The position numbers and the translations under genes were made by a program. This document shows, in pieces, positions 59,776 to 64,000 of a stretch of DNA of 64,000 bases. A model generated the notes under the pieces. It made no database searches. It was not told the origin of the DNA and worked only from the letters and a program-made list of their open reading frames with translations. The first letter of the stretch is position 1. The number at the start of each line of letters is the position of its first letter. Source of the DNA: a virus; IMG/VR virus record IMGVR_UViG_3300027714_000001, positions 1-64,000 of that record. One strand, written 5' to 3'.

Positions 59776-59953
59776 TTATGTTTCAACTACCTATATCATT
59801 TACTGCATACAACAAAGAGCACAAAAGAAACTTTCTAATTAAGTTTACTAATGTGCAAGGGGACTTCATTGATGAAACTGGTGTAGTACATAAATTAAAG
59901 TTTCTGACAGAAGAAGCTGCCGAGAAACCTCGGTTAAAAATATAATACAGAGG

Positions 59954-59985
59954 GGGCGGGCTTATTTTTAAGTTCGCCCTTTTTT
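59954..59985 (+). terminator. Intrinsic terminator closing the tRNA region
   Basis: GGGCGGGCTT..AAGTTCGCCC + T tract. Confidence 0.8.
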
Positions 59986-60008
59986 GTGTGAAAATAAGGA
60001 ATTAAGTT

Positions 60009-60326
60009 ATGCACTGGATTGATAGTTTTAGAATATTTCCTCGGATAGTATTAGTTCTGTACATTGCAGCACTTTGGGTTTGCCTAAACTGGTACTTAGA
60101 CTTTGATATAATATACCAAAAAGAGTGTGACCCTAGTACTCTAACTTTGTTACTAGATAGGAACATTCCATTAAAAGATTCACGAGACATAGCCTGTACT
60201 ACCACAGCAGCAGTGGGCAGACCTCACGGATATACCGCACTAATGTCAGTACTTGTAACCGCTGGAGCAGGTATATTTGGACTATACGTTAACTCGGGCA
60301 GAACGTCCCGTAAGGAGAAAGAATGA
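60009..60326 (+). CDS. Putative holin
   Basis: Two TM segments, charged C-tail, directly before spanins. Confidence 0.55.
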   Translation: MHWIDSFRIFPRIVLVLYIAALWVCLNWYLDFDIIYQKECDPSTLTLLLDRNIPLKDSRDIACTTTAAVGRPHGYTALMSVLVTAGAGIFGLYVNSGRTSRKEKE

Positions 60327-60700
60327 TACAGAAATATTTAATTATAGGGGCAGTTGTTGCTGCCCTAGCAGGTGGTGGAGCATACGGATTTAAGTTATAC
60401 CTAGATGAAAAAGTCTCTCATGGATTAACTAAACAATCTTTGTCTCAAGTTACAGGACAACTCGTACAGTACGAAGAAGATTTAGCTAATCTTAGAGGGA
60501 AGCAGGTTACTCTAGAAACAAAAAACAAAGACATTTCACTAGAACAAAGTGAGTATGTAAGAGAGCTAAACGGACACAGAAACAGAGAAGATGTGATTCT
60601 AAAGAAGAAGTCACGTATAACAATAAGAATTAACAAAGCGTACCAAAAAAGACAGAGAAAATTAGCTTGTGTTACAGGGGACTTTGCATTATGCGAATAG
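60323..60700 (+). CDS. i-spanin (Rz-like)
   Basis: N-terminal TM plus coiled coil. Confidence 0.7.
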   Translation: MIQKYLIIGAVVAALAGGGAYGFKLYLDEKVSHGLTKQSLSQVTGQLVQYEEDLANLRGKQVTLETKNKDISLEQSEYVRELNGHRNREDVILKKKSRITIRINKAYQKRQRKLACVTGDFALCE

Positions 60701-61008
60701 TAATACTAGCGGTATTTATGTTAGGATGTACCAGCACACCACTTCCTCCTGTGGTAGTGTCAAAGGCACCTACTTATCATCCAGGCTTTCCCGCACCGTA
60801 CTCTATGTGTGACGTTACATGGAAAGTTTTGGAAGATGCAGGAAAACCTATAGTATCGTTATCTTATAACGATAACTTAACAGCAGCTATATGTGATAGA
60901 GACAAGGATCGATATATACAACAGTTGCTACAACTAACATGTTACTATCGTTTAGATATTTCTGAACGAATTTGTACTAAGGAAACTAATGTCAACAAAA
61001 ATAAATAA
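60691..61008 (+). CDS. o-spanin lipoprotein (Rz1-like)
   Basis: MRIVILAVFMLGC lipobox, Pro-rich, overlaps i-spanin end. Confidence 0.7.
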   Translation: MRIVILAVFMLGCTSTPLPPVVVSKAPTYHPGFPAPYSMCDVTWKVLEDAGKPIVSLSYNDNLTAAICDRDKDRYIQQLLQLTCYYRLDISERICTKETNVNKNK

Positions 61009-61633
61009 AATTTACGCAAAGCCCGTAATAAGCAGTGTTTCATACATTTACATCTCAGGAGCAATAGGCGATCCCGGAGAATACATAGAAGAAATACAAA
61101 CTCTCAAGGAAGCAGAGCAGGGAGACGAAGTAAACTTATTTATTAATACGGAGGGAGGAAGTGTACACACAGCAGTACAAATAATTACAGCAATAACTAA
61201 CTGTAAGGCCAATGTGGTAGGACACATTGAAGGAATATGCCACTCAGCGGGTACGTATTTATTCTTATCTTGTGACGAGTGGGTAGTAAATCCACATTGC
61301 ATGATGATGATACATAACTATAGCGGCGGATCTTATGGAAAAGGCGAGGAGCTAGTAGATGGGGTTCTAGGAACACATCTTTGGATAACAGAGATGATGC
61401 ACAACATATATGAAACTTTCTTAACTCCAAAAGAGATTAAACAAGTAATAAAGGGTAAAGACATATACTTAACGTCTAGCCAAATACTAGAAAGACTTCC
61501 TAGACTACTGGAAGCAAGAGAGTTAGAAGATGAAATAGCCCAAGAAGAAGCTATGAAACTACTAGCTAAGCAATTAAAACAAACATTAGCGGAAGACGAT
61601 AATGAAGGAAAGAATCTTAGAGGAATTTCGTAA
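60989..61633 (+). CDS. ClpP-like protease
   Basis: INTEGGSV, CHSAGT, MMIH; T5 lysis-region synteny. Confidence 0.9.
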   Translation: MSTKINKIYAKPVISSVSYIYISGAIGDPGEYIEEIQTLKEAEQGDEVNLFINTEGGSVHTAVQIITAITNCKANVVGHIEGICHSAGTYLFLSCDEWVVNPHCMMMIHNYSGGSYGKGEELVDGVLGTHLWITEMMHNIYETFLTPKEIKQVIKGKDIYLTSSQILERLPRLLEARELEDEIAQEEAMKLLAKQLKQTLAEDDNEGKNLRGIS

Positions 61634-62057
61634 AGCCCCTGCAAACAGCAAGCTTTATCTTGGAGCAGATAGCGTCCGTTTTATTAAAGACGGACAAGCG
61701 TTTGCTAGAATCTCGGTAGTAGCAGTTATTCACTTAGCTGCTAGCAAAGGTTGTAAAGTTATAGGAGACAATTTTGTCAAACGAGTATATGACAGCAACC
61801 TAGGCAAACCACAACATAGAATGATGTTAGAGGTTTACGAAGTTTGTAAACTTTATCTAGAATTGGTAGAGCATCTTAGTGAGATAGATATTGAAGTGCA
61901 CTTGGACATTAGCGAAGATAGTCAATACGGGTCGTCATGTGCAGCTAAGCAAGCAGCAGGATACATTTTAGGTATGTGTAATGTACGCCCCATTATGAAG
62001 CCAAACGCTTGGGCAGCTTCTACTTGTGCAGACTTATTTAATAAAAAATTAGCTTGA
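61602..62057 (+). CDS. RNase H-like (YkuK-family) protein
   Basis: YLGADS, RMMLEV, EVHLDI, KPNAWAAS..AD. Confidence 0.8.
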   Translation: MKERILEEFRKAPANSKLYLGADSVRFIKDGQAFARISVVAVIHLAASKGCKVIGDNFVKRVYDSNLGKPQHRMMLEVYEVCKLYLELVEHLSEIDIEVHLDISEDSQYGSSCAAKQAAGYILGMCNVRPIMKPNAWAASTCADLFNKKLA

Positions 62058-62189
62058 CGTATTGGTTAGCTTTTGCTATAATATGTTTCTGGAATTGAGA
62101 AACAGATAAGCAAATAAATAAAACATAAATTGGTTTGACCAATAGCCAAATATTTGCTATAATAGTTTTAGAAATTGAGGAAACAGACA

Positions 62190-63056
62190 ATGAATAAAGA
62201 AATATTGTTAGACAGGTTAGAGAATATGTCTAATCGAGAGCTAAAAGAATTTTATCTGAAGTATCTGCCGCTCTTGGCAGATTCTATTAAAATTCAGTAC
62301 GACGACCAAGGTATGGAACACGAAGCTTACGGATATAAACGCTTACTTGACGAGTTTAGAACATCTAAAGGTTGGGGTGGAGAAAGAAGCGGAAGTAATT
62401 GGCATAGAAGATGCCAAGCTTGGAGCATGTCAGCCTTGCAGCACACTCAGTCTGGTGTCTGGCTAGCAGCAGGATCTACTTGGAAAGCTGGGTCTATACC
62501 TATATTTTTAAGCAAAGCAGTAAATTGCGTGACAAAGTCTGCTACAGACACAGAGGGCTACAACTATAAGAAGTTAGTAGAAAATAGTCTACCAACTGCC
62601 GCAGCAATGACAGGACAAGCTACAACTAGTGGCAGAATACAAACAAAAACAACTAATAAATCAAACACTCCAAAGGGATCACCAATGAAAAACACACTAA
62701 ATAAAATGCTAGAGACTAATAAAGAAGCCGCACACATAGCAGCAAAGCTAAGTGCAGGTAAAGTCAGCAACAACTTTGTGTTAGGTAAGCTAATGTCTGC
62801 TATGCCTTGGTATACCAAGCTTTTCTCTAAGAAAAGAGACTTAGTAGAAAACCCAATCGCCAAGTTAGTTACTGCACAAACAGCAGCAGCAGCTATTGCT
62901 CAGTTTGCTCCTACTAACAAAAAGTTAGAATACCTAGCAGATGCTATGGTTCAGGATGCCATGCTAGATGTTACCTACAACTCAGGCTTGCTAGAAGATT
63001 TAGTCAAAGAGTTAGAAAATTTGGTTAAGCTACCAGATAGTCTTGGCAAAGAATGA
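62190..63056 (+). CDS. Hypothetical protein
   Basis: Two tandem promoters upstream; GAGGA SD. Confidence 0.7.
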   Translation: MNKEILLDRLENMSNRELKEFYLKYLPLLADSIKIQYDDQGMEHEAYGYKRLLDEFRTSKGWGGERSGSNWHRRCQAWSMSALQHTQSGVWLAAGSTWKAGSIPIFLSKAVNCVTKSATDTEGYNYKKLVENSLPTAAAMTGQATTSGRIQTKTTNKSNTPKGSPMKNTLNKMLETNKEAAHIAAKLSAGKVSNNFVLGKLMSAMPWYTKLFSKKRDLVENPIAKLVTAQTAAAAIAQFAPTNKKLEYLADAMVQDAMLDVTYNSGLLEDLVKELENLVKLPDSLGKE

Positions 63057-63517
63057 ATCTGCAACAAAAGCTAAGCGAAAACTTTAGACTTGGTGAGCTT
63101 ACTAAGTCTAATACCGCAATCCGCTTAGGTATCGACAATACTCCGACATTCGAAGAACTAGAAAACCTAAGATCGTTAGCCTGTATAGTTTTACAGCCTG
63201 TACGAGAACACTTTGGTATCACACTAATAAGTTCAGGTTTTCGTTGTCAAAAACTTAACGCAGCATTAGGCTCTAGTGACCGCAGTCAGCACCTTACAGG
63301 CAACGCTGTTGACATAGAAGTTCCAGGGCTAGACAATTACGTACTAGCAACTTGGATACGAGATAATTTAGAGTTTGACCAGCTCATCCTAGAATTTTAT
63401 GACGGCATAGACCCTGCATCAGGTTGGGTTCATGTATCCTATAAAGACTTAGGCAACCGAGGGCAATGTCTTACTATAAACAAAGGCACTGTAAAACGTG
63501 GCTTAGTAAAGGAGTAA
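63053..63517 (+). CDS. Endolysin, peptidase M15A
   Basis: SSGFRC..LN...SQHLTGNAVD...WVHVSY. Confidence 0.9.
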   Translation: MNLQQKLSENFRLGELTKSNTAIRLGIDNTPTFEELENLRSLACIVLQPVREHFGITLISSGFRCQKLNAALGSSDRSQHLTGNAVDIEVPGLDNYVLATWIRDNLEFDQLILEFYDGIDPASGWVHVSYKDLGNRGQCLTINKGTVKRGLVKE

Positions 63518-63521
63518 CTAT

Positions 63522-63863
63522 TTGGAAGAAAAACCAGTAAACATAGCGTCTTTAGGTATAGGTAACTGGAGTAGTGGGGTAAAATCGACAAAGTCAAAGA
63601 TAGAACTTATTAGAGACATTTGCAGTATTACAGGCAGTAAAAGCTTAGATATTGCTGCCCTCACTATAAAAGATATAAAAAGCATACTAAAATCAATAAA
63701 AGCAGGAAACACTATAACTGACAGTATACTACCACAAGCTAGGACTAAAGCTCCTTACTTAGATATACTAAAGCCTATGTTTCCTTCTGTTACTCTAACC
63801 AAATTATCTGTTTCTTCACTAAAAGAACTTATACAGGCAGTTACTTATGAAACCCAGAACTAA
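63522..63863 (+). CDS. Hypothetical protein, paralog of 45963-46370
   Basis: LP..RTKAPYLD...TKLSVSSLKELI. Confidence 0.65.
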   Translation: MEEKPVNIASLGIGNWSSGVKSTKSKIELIRDICSITGSKSLDIAALTIKDIKSILKSIKAGNTITDSILPQARTKAPYLDILKPMFPSVTLTKLSVSSLKELIQAVTYETQN

Positions 63864-64000
63864 AAATGTACTCATATTATTTATTATCATAGTAGGTATT
63901 ATGTGTATTGTTGCTCCCCTAGTATTAGGAAGTGCAGCACTTATAGTCTATCTTACAACACTCTCTTTAACTGACGTACTGCTAAGTCTAATCTCAGTAA

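Noticed and set aside
1-64000. CRISPR array
   Set aside because: No regularly spaced repeat-spacer units; the repeats are promoters or coding repeats
1-64000. Genome-wide TAG recoding suggested by the CUA tRNA
   Set aside because: All conserved genes are full length in code 11, and some end properly at TAG

Overview
64-kb segment of a lytic T5-like (Demerecviridae-type) phage genome, identified by gene content and order. 1-9.2 kb (+): a giant repeat-rich tail fibre (>2270 aa, C-terminal S74-type chaperone), a tail-tip/adhesin-like gene and a partly duplicated tip/chaperone cassette. 9.2-32.8 kb (-): the T5 replication/recombination block (D15, D14, D13, D12, D11, D10, pol, primase, helicase, D5, split NAD ligase, PC4-like, D3, D2, origin-binding protein), with glyA and a ~620-nt promoter-driven non-coding leader inserted upstream of obp. 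33-38.8 kb (+): phoH, nrdA, glutaredoxin-nrdB fusion, DHFR, thyA. 39-59.3 kb (+): a very large tRNA region with 25 standard tRNAs covering all 20 amino acids, a CUA-anticodon tRNA, several tRNA mimics, many promoter-driven structured non-coding RNAs (including a ~1.1-kb GOLLD-like candidate with an embedded tRNA-Lys-like element), two decayed HNH genes and putative RNA-repair-type proteins. 59.3-64 kb: holin, spanins, Clp protease, RNase H-like protein and M15 endolysin. The most unusual content is the non-coding RNA island in the tRNA cluster. All calls are by eye; no database searches or folding programs were run.
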